NCBI GenBank assembly: GCA_014802385.1
Contig: JAAVCJ010000025.1
Span: forward strand, 40,159-104,158
Direction: 5' to 3'
Source: Bacteroides sp.
Lineage (GTDB): Bacteria; Bacteroidota; Bacteroidia; Bacteroidales; Muribaculaceae
DNA length: 64,000 nucleotides
The position numbers were made by a program, and so were the translations under genes. Positions 53,148 to 62,553 of this stretch are shown in pieces (positions within the stretch are counted from its first letter, which is position 1; every line of letters starts with the position of its first letter). Under the pieces are notes generated by a model that searched no databases, was not told the DNA's origin, and was given only the letters and a program-made list of their open reading frames with translations.

Positions 53148-54716
53148 TCATCGGCTTGCCGCTTGCGCCCCAAGAATAAGCTCACCCTGCTCGGTTGTGT
53201 CATAGTCCAACTTGCCGATGCAGTATTGAACATTGCCCGTGACCGTGCGGATGTTACGTTTCATCTCAAACTCCTTGTTGCGTAGGAACTGCGACAAATC
53301 GCGCTTGTCACGCCTCATGCTGCCCTCGTCAATGCAGAACTGCTTGTATTCCTCCCACAACGATTTCAGCGTTTTCCAACGTGGGTCGGCTTTTTCGGGT
53401 TGTGCCACCTCCACATAGTTGTTTTCGCTCCACCAGCGGCGTAGGTTGCTGCTGTTATTTGCAATCATATTCATAGCCTTTACAACCTCCGCCCCAAGCT
53501 CTATCTTGCCGTTGTTTTTTATCACGGCTCTATATCCATCAACTATCCAATTGAAGATATAGGCGCGTCCTATCGGAGTGGTGAGTTTAGTAGCCAGTTC
53601 GGGGTCTTGTTCATCGGGTGATAGACTTTCATCTCTTGACCTAATAATCAACTGCCGCCTCATTCCCCCATTTGAAAAATCCCTTTGTTCGGGCATTTCG
53701 TTGGTGCAGCAGAGCATAGGCGGAGCATACACGGTTATCGGTCGCTTTTCGTAGGGGATGCGAGCCTCAAAGGCTTGTCCGCTCGCAAATCGCTTATAAT
53801 CGCCGCCGGAGATGTCTTTGTCGTTTAGATCGTCAACCATATTGGCGAGTTTGCCACGCAGGGCAGCTATATTCGCCCCACGGTCGGAGTCTTTGAACAA
53901 CTGCCGGGGAGTGAAGTGTGAGAAGTAACGATTACCGAACACCTCCGACACCACGTTTGCGAGTACGCTCTTGCCATTTGCTCCTGAGCCGGTGATATAG
54001 CACACATATTCCCTGACAAACTTTGTTGGGTCAAGCAAAAGAGAGCCACACCATTGCTGAAACGCCGCCTGAAATTCGGGGTGAGGTAGGATTTCTTTTA
54101 GCTTTGTTTTCCATAAGTTGCACGGGTTGTTAAATGTACCGCACTCATTAGCTCCGCGCCTATAAGCCTCGTCCGAGGACATATACTCGATGTCAAGCGT
54201 CAGATAAGGGTTATATTCGGGGCTGAACGCCTTTAATTTGCGCTTTTCAAGGTCAAAAATGCCGTTGGAAAACGCGATATAGCGTCTGTCCGAGCGGTAG
54301 ATATACTCCTCCGTACTCATAAGAGTACCTATCACCGCACTTGCCATGCTTCGGGGCGACCTCTGCACATACATTGAGCCGATTTCAAGCTCTCTGAGCG
54401 TCCGTTTGGCAAGTTCTATGATAAAAGTATCAATCTTAATCGTAATCTGCTCAAATCGCTCCCCGTTGTAGGCGTAGAGCGTCTGCAAATCCTCGCTCAT
54501 AAGCAAAGGTTTCTCCTTGCTCATGCACAATCTCCGCTCAAAGAGGTCGCAGAGCATCGCATCTACGTTTGGGTAGAGCTTAAAACCGCCCCTGCCAAGT
54601 CCGCGCAGGGGGTTCTTGTACGCCTTCGGATTCTCTTTCCTCAGCTCCTCATGCGCCTTTTCCATGCCCTCGGCACAAAATCGGCTAAGATACTCGTATA
54701 TGTCTGATTTTGCCAT
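53148..54716 (-). CDS. primase/helicase (D5/P4-family SF3 NTPase)
   Basis: ATG at 54716. Walker A ITGSGANGKSVL. Size and layout fit phage/plasmid primase-helicases. Confidence 0.7.
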   Translation of the reverse strand: MAKSDIYEYLSRFCAEGMEKAHEELRKENPKAYKNPLRGLGRGGFKLYPNVDAMLCDLFERRLCMSKEKPLLMSEDLQTLYAYNGERFEQITIKIDTFIIELAKRTLRELEIGSMYVQRSPRSMASAVIGTLMSTEEYIYRSDRRYIAFSNGIFDLEKRKLKAFSPEYNPYLTLDIEYMSSDEAYRRGANECGTFNNPCNLWKTKLKEILPHPEFQAAFQQWCGSLLLDPTKFVREYVCYITGSGANGKSVLANVVSEVFGNRYFSHFTPRQLFKDSDRGANIAALRGKLANMVDDLNDKDISGGDYKRFASGQAFEARIPYEKRPITVYAPPMLCCTNEMPEQRDFSNGGMRRQLIIRSRDESLSPDEQDPELATKLTTPIGRAYIFNWIVDGYRAVIKNNGKIELGAEVVKAMNMIANNSSNLRRWWSENNYVEVAQPEKADPRWKTLKSLWEEYKQFCIDEGSMRRDKRDLSQFLRNKEFEMKRNIRTVTGNVQYCIGKLDYDTTEQGELILGAQAASR

Positions 54717-54717
54717 A

Positions 54718-55050
54718 TTATTTGCTTTTAGGTGGTTCGGGGATAGCCATCCAATAAGTAGGTCGGATATGCGAGCCGTCTTGCGTGTACCAATCCTCAC
54801 CGTCATAGTAAGCTACTGCCATCTCTATGTATGTAGGGGTATAGGAGCGTGAATAAACTACAAGCACATCTTCATCTGTTTCAGGCAACGTATCATCTAC
54901 ATTGCGCCATTGCCCTGCAAGAGCATCATTCGCCCCTACAATGTAGCCCCGCTGGATTAACTCAGTCGCATCTAAAGTTTCTTCACAGCCGAAAACGCGT
55001 GTATCGGTTGAGTCCGTGTAGGCTTGCGCTTTTTCTTCTATCGTTTCCAT
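54718..55050 (-). CDS. hypothetical protein (DUF551-like C-terminus)
   Basis: 110-aa ORF ending in ..TYWMAIPEPPKSK. Confidence 0.5.
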   Translation of the reverse strand: METIEEKAQAYTDSTDTRVFGCEETLDATELIQRGYIVGANDALAGQWRNVDDTLPETDEDVLVVYSRSYTPTYIEMAVAYYDGEDWYTQDGSHIRPTYWMAIPEPPKSK

Positions 55051-55052
55051 AC

Positions 55053-55250
55053 TTATTCAATCATTACGGGTTCATCCTTCCACGTCAGCTCTCTGCCGAT
55101 GAGTTTGGCGATTGAGCCAGGAGGAAGATATACCCAATCTGTATCTTCACCATTGCGGTATTTCGCAGGACTCCAACTTTTATTATGTCTTGTGGGAATC
55201 TCATCGTAAATTGCTTCCGCTCCGTCTGCGTCAACTGCTACAAATGCCAT
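55053..55250 (-). CDS. small hypothetical protein
   Basis: 65-aa ORF. Confidence 0.45.
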   Translation of the reverse strand: MAFVAVDADGAEAIYDEIPTRHNKSWSPAKYRNGEDTDWVYLPPGSIAKLIGRELTWKDEPVMIE

Positions 55251-55251
55251 A

Positions 55252-55596
55252 TCAGTCCTCCTTTCTCATTATTTCAACAAGTGCATCAAACTCGGATTGC
55301 AAGCGCACCATTTCAGCCTTGCTTTCCTCAACCTTCTCCGCTGTATAATCTTCGGGGTTTTCTATCGCACCGAGACATTGCAACACGAGGTCTTTATCAC
55401 GCTTTTCAAGTATCTCCGAGAATGGACGGATAAAGCGAGGGTTGTTTTCAAGTTCCCAACGTGCATCCTCTCGCGCTTTCTCTGCACGATATTCAACATA
55501 CTCATCTTCGGTCATATTGTAGTGGGTAATGTTATCCACTATTGTACTCCAACGGCAAAGTAATCCGTTTGGCTGTCTTGCTATAAATGCTCCCAT
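55252..55596 (-). CDS. hypothetical protein
   Basis: 114-aa ORF. Confidence 0.5.
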   Translation of the reverse strand: MGAFIARQPNGLLCRWSTIVDNITHYNMTEDEYVEYRAEKAREDARWELENNPRFIRPFSEILEKRDKDLVLQCLGAIENPEDYTAEKVEESKAEMVRLQSEFDALVEIMRKED

Positions 55597-55598
55597 AG

Positions 55599-55889
55599 TT
55601 ATTTTTCGTAATAGTTCTTGATTTCCTTGCGGGTGAAAATAAGCATAGAGTTCAGTTCGTCATTGGCTCTAACTTGCGGAACGACCTGCACAAGTTCATA
55701 TCCGGCTTTATTGTTTATTCTTACTGCGTCCATTATATCTCCTTTCTCGTTAGGAATAAGAGCTATAATGTTCTTAACCTCGCTTGTCGCTTGATACATC
55801 TTCTCAAACGCTCTCTTGCCCTGCCTGAGTTGCAGGACTATCCGCACGGCTAACAGCACGGCGATGATGATTAAAAGTAGGTTTGTCAT
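55599..55889 (-). CDS. N-terminally membrane-anchored protein
   Basis: 96 aa with TM segment LLLIIIAVLLAVRIVL. Confidence 0.5.
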   Translation of the reverse strand: MTNLLLIIIAVLLAVRIVLQLRQGKRAFEKMYQATSEVKNIIALIPNEKGDIMDAVRINNKAGYELVQVVPQVRANDELNSMLIFTRKEIKNYYEK

Positions 55890-56275
55890 TGGTCTATCGG
55901 TGTTATGGTGATTCTTACTTTTTGAGGTTCGCTTTCTGGAGTCAAGTCGGAAAAGAGTCTGCTGTCTAATTCATACTTCACTCCATCACTATACCATCCA
56001 ATCTCATACTCTCCTGTATCGCAGAACTCTCTACTTTCAGCGTGTGGTTTCTGAGTGTGGAGAAAGCACCCACCTATTCCGTACTCATCAACCGCTACCC
56101 AGCCCTCGATCGTTACTTGTTTTGGGTTGCAGAGTTGTTCCTTTAACTGTTCCAACGCTTTCTGCTGCTTAGCTATGTCAGCTGCTGTATATTTAGTGTT
56201 CAGAATCTCGGCAATCTGCTCATCTGACATGTTGTCAATTGCTGCTCGTAATTTAGGGTGTATATTGTTACTCAT
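55886..56275 (-). CDS. hypothetical protein
   Basis: 129-aa ORF. Confidence 0.5.
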   Translation of the reverse strand: MSNNIHPKLRAAIDNMSDEQIAEILNTKYTAADIAKQQKALEQLKEQLCNPKQVTIEGWVAVDEYGIGGCFLHTQKPHAESREFCDTGEYEIGWYSDGVKYELDSRLFSDLTPESEPQKVRITITPIDQ

Positions 56276-56427
56276 TTCATTTTCTTCTTATTGTGGTACT
56301 TGTCAAACTTGGCATAGGGTGCATATTGAAACACGATACGAGGTATCCACGAGGGTTTGTTTGGCAATTCATGGAAATGTACCTCATTGCCAATGACAAC
56401 TGTTTCTATGTGGGTATTGCGTTTCAT
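56272..56427 (-). CDS. small hypothetical protein (51 aa)
   Basis: ATGA overlaps at both ends fill the gap between track ORFs. Confidence 0.4.
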   Translation of the reverse strand: MKRNTHIETVVIGNEVHFHELPNKPSWIPRIVFQYAPYAKFDKYHNKKKMK

Positions 56428-56762
56428 TTCTCCTCCTCAAAAAGCGACTTACCGAAAAGGGTAGTCAGTTCACACATTCTGCCCTCTGCATGGTCTATTG
56501 CACGACTCTCCATTTCGTTTATGCACGTTGCGCTCGTATAGAGGTCGTGGGTTTTCTGAGCTTTCGCATACTCCTTGCGGATGAGTTCTTTCGGCACGAT
56601 GCAGTAGTCCTTTGAAAGTTGCTCAATGAAATCATTGATAATATAGTCAATGCAACTCGCAGGACACAACGCACTGCCATTATTCAGTGCATACCCTCTA
56701 ATAGCTTTCTTTATTTCTTTGCTATGCAAAGCGGCAGAGCCGGTTACTTCGTGGGTTGGCAT
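56424..56762 (-). CDS. hypothetical protein
   Basis: 112-aa ORF. Confidence 0.5.
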   Translation of the reverse strand: MPTHEVTGSAALHSKEIKKAIRGYALNNGSALCPASCIDYIINDFIEQLSKDYCIVPKELIRKEYAKAQKTHDLYTSATCINEMESRAIDHAEGRMCELTTLFGKSLFEEEK

Positions 56763-56763
56763 A

Positions 56764-56937
56764 TTATTTTAGGTCTTTTTCTTGGGTTAATATTATGTCG
56801 TTTGATGAAGGGCAATACTCAAAACTTTGAGGCTCCCAATTTTCAACGCAGACACCATCATAATATCCTCCCGATACTATAATTTTAGCATCTTCGGGAT
56901 ATTGGCTAAGAGCCTCAATCAATTCTTTTACTGTCAT
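56764..56937 (-). CDS. small hypothetical protein (57 aa)
   Basis: ATG at 56937 overlaps the upstream stop. Below the track cutoff. Confidence 0.4.
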   Translation of the reverse strand: MTVKELIEALSQYPEDAKIIVSGGYYDGVCVENWEPQSFEYCPSSNDIILTQEKDLK

Positions 56938-57146
56938 CTTTTCTTCCTTTTAAGTTGTTGCAATTCTTGTTTTTTACTCTCTATTTCAAAGTTGATAGCG
57001 TCTAAAGCGAATATATTGAGCCACGTTGCTGACTTCTTACCTAATGTAGTCATATCCGTTCTTAACTCCGCTATCTCCCTTTTCAGCCTTTTCTTCGCTT
57101 TGCGAAGCGACTGCGTCGATGACTTGGTGTTGCGGATGCTGGGCAT
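56934..57146 (-). CDS. small basic coiled-coil protein
   Basis: ATG at 57146 directly after the upstream TAA; the track ORF extends to 57191. Confidence 0.45.
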   Translation of the reverse strand: MPSIRNTKSSTQSLRKAKKRLKREIAELRTDMTTLGKKSATWLNIFALDAINFEIESKKQELQQLKRKKR

Positions 57147-57148
57147 GA

Positions 57149-57445
57149 TTATTTCTTTTTTCTCATTTGTTGTCCGAAGTATCTTTCCCAATCGCCTGCT
57201 GAATATCCACTATACTTAAAGCCGTTACGCTCGTTGTAATTGATAAGCCACAAAGCACAACTGTGTCCTATGCTTGCTGATACTTTTTTACACATCTTAG
57301 AGCGATTGTATAGCATCTTTCCATGTCGGTATGCGGATTTGCACCACCCATATACGAGAGAAGCAAATACAATTATAATCGCTATGCTAATCAACAAGGC
57401 TCCAATTACACCTATCCAATAGAAAACGGTTACTATCATGCTCAT
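57149..57445 (-). CDS. small membrane protein
   Basis: 98 aa with TM segment IVTVFYWIGVIGALLISIAIIIVFASLV. Confidence 0.45.
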   Translation of the reverse strand: MSMIVTVFYWIGVIGALLISIAIIIVFASLVYGWCKSAYRHGKMLYNRSKMCKKVSASIGHSCALWLINYNERNGFKYSGYSAGDWERYFGQQMRKKK

Positions 57446-57831
57446 TCCTTGTCAAAGTCCATTATGTTGTCGGCGGTAACAACCACCCCGCAACCTTTAT
57501 TGATTTCTTTGCCGATAGATGCAGAGGGTGCCTCGTTATCTTTGAAATACACACTTACAGGCATATCCGTCTTGTGTGCAACAAGGGTGGCCTCAAACTC
57601 CCTCAGAAGCGACTGCAAGCGCGTGAGGAAAGCTGTACGGCGGTCAATATGCTCAATACAATCGAATGCTTGCAGATATATCTCGTTGGGTTCACAATCC
57701 CATATGATGTCTGCACTATATAATCCTACGTCTACGATTGTGCCGACAAATGCGTAATCTCCTTTGAGACGTACCCTGTCGCCCACCTTGAAGTTGTGTT
57801 CGTTGGTCATATCGTTCTTTTCTTTTGTCAT
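57442..57831 (-). CDS. hypothetical protein (paralog of 46604-46999)
   Basis: ATG at 57831 overlaps the upstream TGA; the track ORF extends to 57876. Confidence 0.55.
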   Translation of the reverse strand: MTKEKNDMTNEHNFKVGDRVRLKGDYAFVGTIVDVGLYSADIIWDCEPNEIYLQAFDCIEHIDRRTAFLTRLQSLLREFEATLVAHKTDMPVSVYFKDNEAPSASIGKEINKGCGVVVTADNIMDFDKE

Positions 57832-58124
57832 ACCTCGGTCGGTTGGTTGGTGAATAACTCTTTGCCGAATAGCCACTCCAATATTGCAGTATCATCAGCA
57901 AACATATCGTTAGTTATTGAGTTTAGGCTTTTAAGCTCGTTGTATTTCGCTTTTATCCTCTCTTTCTCCTCATCGGTCAGGCGGTCGGAGAGGGGCTGCT
58001 GCATGAGCCATTGTGCGCAAGCTTCAAAAGCGTCCTCAATGTCTGTAAGACAAAAATTCTCGGTTGAGACGTTGGAGCTATTCCGATATTCTACTGCCGC
58101 CTCGTTCAGTTTATCTGCGTCCAT
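57828..58124 (-). CDS. hypothetical protein
   Basis: 98-aa ORF. Confidence 0.5.
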   Translation of the reverse strand: MDADKLNEAAVEYRNSSNVSTENFCLTDIEDAFEACAQWLMQQPLSDRLTDEEKERIKAKYNELKSLNSITNDMFADDTAILEWLFGKELFTNQPTEV

Positions 58125-58125
58125 G

Positions 58126-58605
58126 TTATTTCGTGTTGAGGGTGTAGCCGTTAGCGTGAAGTAATTCTATTGCAAGCACTACCGCTTCAATGGGATTTCC
58201 GTGCTGAGGGAGTGTTCCATTAAATCCATCCCAGTCATAATCCACAATCCAATACTCACCATTGGAGTACAGCTTGACATAGCCATTGAGGACATTTGGA
58301 ATATCCATTTCCCATATCTCACCTTCAATGAACGGAGGGTACCATTTTGTAAGTGGGAAACCGTCAAGGTGTTTAGGCAGAAGTTCAAGCAACGCGGACA
58401 GAGACCACGCAGGTGAGTAATCTACTGAACGCAGTATCTCATGAAGTGTTAATAAATCTTCTCCGAGTACACGAGTGCTATATTTGCCGTAATTCTCTCC
58501 TGGGCACATATTGATGGATAAATACATATCCGCAGTATTCGGGTCAACGCCACAAGCAAGCAGACGCTTTGCTTGATCGGGATTAGTGGCTATTTGATGT
58601 TTCAT
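58126..58605 (-). CDS. hypothetical protein
   Basis: 159-aa ORF. Confidence 0.55.
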   Translation of the reverse strand: MKHQIATNPDQAKRLLACGVDPNTADMYLSINMCPGENYGKYSTRVLGEDLLTLHEILRSVDYSPAWSLSALLELLPKHLDGFPLTKWYPPFIEGEIWEMDIPNVLNGYVKLYSNGEYWIVDYDWDGFNGTLPQHGNPIEAVVLAIELLHANGYTLNTK

Positions 58606-58608
58606 TTG

Positions 58609-58764
58609 TTATTGGGTTTTAGGTGTAAAGTATTTACAATTATTTACCTTACATACAATTATTTTCAAGTTGTCACCATGGTGGTAACAAATAGTCTCTT
58701 GATATTTGCAAGCCTTTATTTTTGAATTATAATGCCTACACTCTCGTGGGTCTTGTTTCTTCAT
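58609..58764 (-). CDS. small Cys-rich protein (51 aa)
   Basis: ATG at 58764 overlaps the upstream TGA. Six Cys residues. Below the track cutoff. Confidence 0.4.
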   Translation of the reverse strand: MKKQDPRECRHYNSKIKACKYQETICYHHGDNLKIIVCKVNNCKYFTPKTQ

Positions 58765-58967
58765 TTTCCATTCAGTTTGTCGGTTAGGGATTGGGAGAGT
58801 TTAAAATAAATCTTGTTGCAAGGAGAGAATAATTCGCATGGCTTGGCATTTTTTGGGTTACTGTAATGCTCCCGGCATAGAGGCAATAAATCGCAATATA
58901 AGCATTGACCTATGCCAGGGCTTATCTCAGCCTCATACACCTTGCTGTCTATGATTATTCCGTTCAT
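58761..58967 (-). CDS. small Cys-rich protein
   Basis: 68 aa with CLYCDLLPLC...C...C. Confidence 0.45.
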   Translation of the reverse strand: MNGIIIDSKVYEAEISPGIGQCLYCDLLPLCREHYSNPKNAKPCELFSPCNKIYFKLSQSLTDKLNGK

Positions 58968-58979
58968 ATTCTCGCAGTC

Positions 58980-59453
58980 TTATTGTGGGGTGTTAGTGGC
59001 GGAAGATAGCATCTTTTTGTACTCCCAATATTCATAAGTTTCGCCTTTGTACTCGGCAACCAACTTATCAAGCCATTGCTGTTCGCACATAGAGCCAGTG
59101 AATACATAACAATCCCTTAATTCCTCTTTTGTGGCGTAGGCAAAATAGCAAAGGGAATCTAAAGGGAATAACTCTCTCGCTGATTTTGATAAATCACTCC
59201 ACCATTGACCTCTACATTCTTCGGTTGTTCCGTCAGTCAGTGGCAGGGTAAACTTACGACCTGCAAAAGCAGTCTTGCCAAAGGGTAGTGTCATATTATC
59301 GCGCCTATAAAAACTATGCACGCCCTCGTCTTCGCCGATGATTGTTTCTCGGTCAATCTTTGTGTACGACATTTGTATAGGGCGGTTTAAGACGTATTGT
59401 GTATGCTCGCCACTCTTAACTATCGCTAATATTTTTATCTTTTCTTTATTCAT
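58980..59453 (-). CDS. hypothetical protein
   Basis: 157-aa ORF. Confidence 0.55.
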   Translation of the reverse strand: MNKEKIKILAIVKSGEHTQYVLNRPIQMSYTKIDRETIIGEDEGVHSFYRRDNMTLPFGKTAFAGRKFTLPLTDGTTEECRGQWWSDLSKSARELFPLDSLCYFAYATKEELRDCYVFTGSMCEQQWLDKLVAEYKGETYEYWEYKKMLSSATNTPQ

Positions 59454-60238
59454 ATCGCTAAATCTAATTTCGGTTGTGCCAAAGCGTCACTGACGCGCTT
59501 AACGGCAATGTTATAGTATTCTTCCATCAACTCAATTCCAATTCCTTTGCGGTTGGTGTTGGCACACGCTACCATTGTAGAGCCACTCCCCATTGTGCAA
59601 TCAAGCACACAATCGCCCTCGTTGGAGTAGGTGCGTATAAGGTACTCAAGCAACGGCACGTCTTTCTCGGTCGGGTGCACCCAATCCTTATGTTTCTTCT
59701 GGAACTGCAGTATTGAGGTCGGGAATTTCATACACGATTTTCCGTCTTGAGCCGATTGTTTCATACCGCCATAGCAAGAGTTGGCATTGGGCTTGCTCTT
59801 ACCACTTCTTGAGTGTGTTCTCAAATGCGGTGCAACCTCTCTCAACTGCGGATTGTAGGCAGGCAACTCCCGATAGAACACTAATATGTCCTCGTGCTGA
59901 CGCAACGGCATTTTATTCGCGTTCAAAAATCCCGTAGTCCGCACCTTATCCCAGACAAGCGAATAGCGGTATAACTTGGGTTGGCTCATCATCAGTTTTG
60001 CCGAAAATAAACCTTGCCCGAAAAGCACGATAGCGGCATTAGGCTTTACCACTCTCAGTAATTCAGTCCAAAGAGCGTCAATGTCTATTTCCTTATCCCA
60101 TTGAGCGTGTTTATTGCGTTTATTCAAACACCCATAGGGTAAGTCGGTCAACACCAAATCAACGCTATTGTCGGGGAGCGTAGGCAGGACTTGTAAGCAA
60201 TCGCCTTGCGTCAGTGTTATGTTGCCTATATTTGTCAT
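59450..60238 (-). CDS. DNA methyltransferase, beta-class N6-adenine/N4-cytosine type
   Basis: N-terminal LVLTDLPYG (DPPY-like) and C-terminal VLDCTMGSGSTMVA (AdoMet motif). Confidence 0.85.
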   Translation of the reverse strand: MTNIGNITLTQGDCLQVLPTLPDNSVDLVLTDLPYGCLNKRNKHAQWDKEIDIDALWTELLRVVKPNAAIVLFGQGLFSAKLMMSQPKLYRYSLVWDKVRTTGFLNANKMPLRQHEDILVFYRELPAYNPQLREVAPHLRTHSRSGKSKPNANSCYGGMKQSAQDGKSCMKFPTSILQFQKKHKDWVHPTEKDVPLLEYLIRTYSNEGDCVLDCTMGSGSTMVACANTNRKGIGIELMEEYYNIAVKRVSDALAQPKLDLAI

Positions 60239-60341
60239 TCTCGCTGATGTTAATGTTTGCGCTGATGAAATAGTGAAACGGAAACACCATCAGCTTGTGC
60301 TTTCACGTGGTAGCTATTCACGATTATCCGTTTCACGTTGT

Positions 60342-61274
60342 TTATTGATTGAAATATTCGCTACATTCAAAACCTTTTCGTGGCTTGAAGTCTTTGAAGT
60401 CCATTGTAGTCCAGAACTCTCTACGCATAGCCCAACGTGCCATATCTTTTTGCCACTGCGGAATTACTTGCTTTGGGTCATTGAAATCGCGGAAAGGTTG
60501 TGCTACGACCCTCACACGCTTAAATCCTCGGAAATACGACAAACGCTCGTAATCCTCTTGCATATTACCCGTAATCATAGCGTACATAAGATAAGAGCGC
60601 GGAGTATCGCAGTAAGAGTCTATCATCTGCATTGCTCGCTCACACTCGCCTATCTGCTTGGGAGTATCGCAACCGAAACGGATATGTGATAGCCAACGGA
60701 CTTTCGCCAACATCTTCGCTATCTCGTCAGTGACAAGCCTTGCATCTAACGCTTGGTTGAAATCAACCCTATATCCACGCTTGATTATCTTTTCGATCTG
60801 CTCCAATCCGTAATCACAAGCGAGAATGTTGTTATCCATAAGCACAAGGTTTGTGCGTCCGTCAATGGCTATTTCGTCCACGTCCATATATGGATGAACA
60901 GCACCCTCCTTAATCGGCACAACACACCACTTGCATTTATTCGGACACCCTCGCGTCAAAAAGCCGTAGGCAGTCTTTTTATCAACCTGTGGATATATTG
61001 AGTAATCCGGCTGTAAGCGGTCAATCTCGGAGGGTAAGACTGCGTGTAAATCGTAGCCAGTGCCACCGCGAACAATCTCACAATCGTAGTTATCGGTAAA
61101 GTCAGGCGAAAACGTGAAGATTTTGCTGGCGTACACTCTATCATACTCACCAAACATAGGTATAGCCCACTCTACGCTATCACCATGAGCTTTATGCCAT
61201 GCCGACAAACGCATGAGCGCAAGATTTGGGAAGTTATGCCCATCTATGTCTATGAGTCCTATTCGCTGCTTCAT
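60342..61274 (-). CDS. radical SAM domain protein
   Basis: 310 aa. The CPNKCKWC motif fits CxxxCxxC. First gene of the minus-strand early operon. Confidence 0.6.
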   Translation of the reverse strand: MKQRIGLIDIDGHNFPNLALMRLSAWHKAHGDSVEWAIPMFGEYDRVYASKIFTFSPDFTDNYDCEIVRGGTGYDLHAVLPSEIDRLQPDYSIYPQVDKKTAYGFLTRGCPNKCKWCVVPIKEGAVHPYMDVDEIAIDGRTNLVLMDNNILACDYGLEQIEKIIKRGYRVDFNQALDARLVTDEIAKMLAKVRWLSHIRFGCDTPKQIGECERAMQMIDSYCDTPRSYLMYAMITGNMQEDYERLSYFRGFKRVRVVAQPFRDFNDPKQVIPQWQKDMARWAMRREFWTTMDFKDFKPRKGFECSEYFNQ

Positions 61275-61704
61275 CTATTATTCATTTGATTTTACACGGC
61301 AAAGTAAACGTAAATAAACGATTTACGCAAATTCCATTCAAGTCACACTCGAATAATAATACAGCGAAAAGGCTCATACCAAATAGCTCTCCATACAATC
61401 TATTTATATAGTTAACAGCTTTAACATCATGTAGTTACACCCCAAGTAGGATTATGCTCGCCCTATATAAATAATTAAAAATAATTATTATTCTTTTCTC
61501 TTATTCTATTTACCTAATGAGTATTTAATAATTAAAAGAAAATAATCCTACTAACCTACAAAATAAAGATAAATATACTGATAATAAACAATTTGCATAA
61601 GTAGGCCAATTTAAACATTGCTACATTAACACGACTTTTGATTTAAAATCATGTTAAACTTTCTTAAAAGTGGGAAATCCGAAATTTTGAATAAAAAATT
61701 TTTC

Positions 61705-61742
61705 AAGGTCGCACCTGCCAGTTTTTCGTGCGACACCTTTTT
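61705..61742. terminator. orphan terminator-like hairpin in the AT-rich control region
   Basis: GTCGCAC-N13-GTGCGAC followed by ACCTTTTT on the plus strand and by CTTGAAAAATTTTTT on the minus strand. No protein gene lies upstream in either direction. Confidence 0.5.
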
Positions 61743-62168
61743 ACCCCCGCCACCCCTTTGCCTCGTTCTTCATCAATCTAAGTATTTGACACTCGACTCG
61801 TTACGCCACATATAGGGACGTATGCGTGTCAAGACACCCACAACTCCGTTATTTAGACACTGTCTAAATAAGCACAACTTAAAGCATTGTGTGTCAATTA
61901 CTTAACTTTCGACACAACGATAATTTTCTGCAAATATATATAAAAACAATCAACTGTCAAAATAATACACCGATTATTTTTAAATAAATGTTTCATAGCC
62001 GCAATAAATGGCGTGTATTGCGTTGTCGTTTGTTTATGAGATCCATGATATAAAAATAGTTATCGTGAGTTGTGGCGCATGTAAGGGGGTAGGGTGTACG
62101 ATATTTTGATGGTTATAAAATAGGGTTGCAAATACTACTTAAGGTGTTGAAAATAAACTGCTTAAATG

Positions 62169-62199
62169 TTTGTAGTGTCAAATAATTTTCGTACCTTTG
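62169..62199 (+). promoter_or_regulatory. Bacteroidota-type promoter TTTG-N19-TACCTTTG for the plus-strand early genes
   Basis: TTTG at 62169-62172 and TAnnTTTG at 62192-62199, about 90 nt upstream of the first ATG. Confidence 0.5.
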
Positions 62200-62223
62200 T
62201 AGTGCGGAGATGAAACGATAAAA

Positions 62224-62259
62224 GCCCCGTTCGTTCATCTTCTCAGACTTAAACGGGGC
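62224..62259 (+). promoter_or_regulatory. 5' UTR hairpin GCCCCGTT/AACGGGGC
   Basis: 8-bp perfect stem with a 20-nt loop, between the promoter and the gene at 62289. Confidence 0.45.
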
Positions 62260-62288
62260 GAAATATAAAATTAAAACACCGCAAAGTT

Positions 62289-62471
62289 ATGAAAACTTTA
62301 GCAATTTCCCTAATTATTGCCACGATGGTAGCAACTTTATGCGTGGCGTGTGTGGAGTTAGTAAACATTGAAAGCTCCGCGTTATTCATCAAGTTTTTCG
62401 GTTTTATTTCCTTGCTACTGATTGACATTTACGCAATCGTGGCAATACTGAAAAACAGTAAGGACCAGTAA
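62289..62471 (+). CDS. small membrane protein
   Basis: 60 aa with two hydrophobic segments. Confidence 0.45.
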   Translation: MKTLAISLIIATMVATLCVACVELVNIESSALFIKFFGFISLLLIDIYAIVAILKNSKDQ

Positions 62472-62553
62472 CAAAAAACCGAGGGGCGGCAAGCTCTGCC
62501 CCTCATTCAAATAAAAATCTCCTTCAAACACTCACCCACTAAACACCATCACG

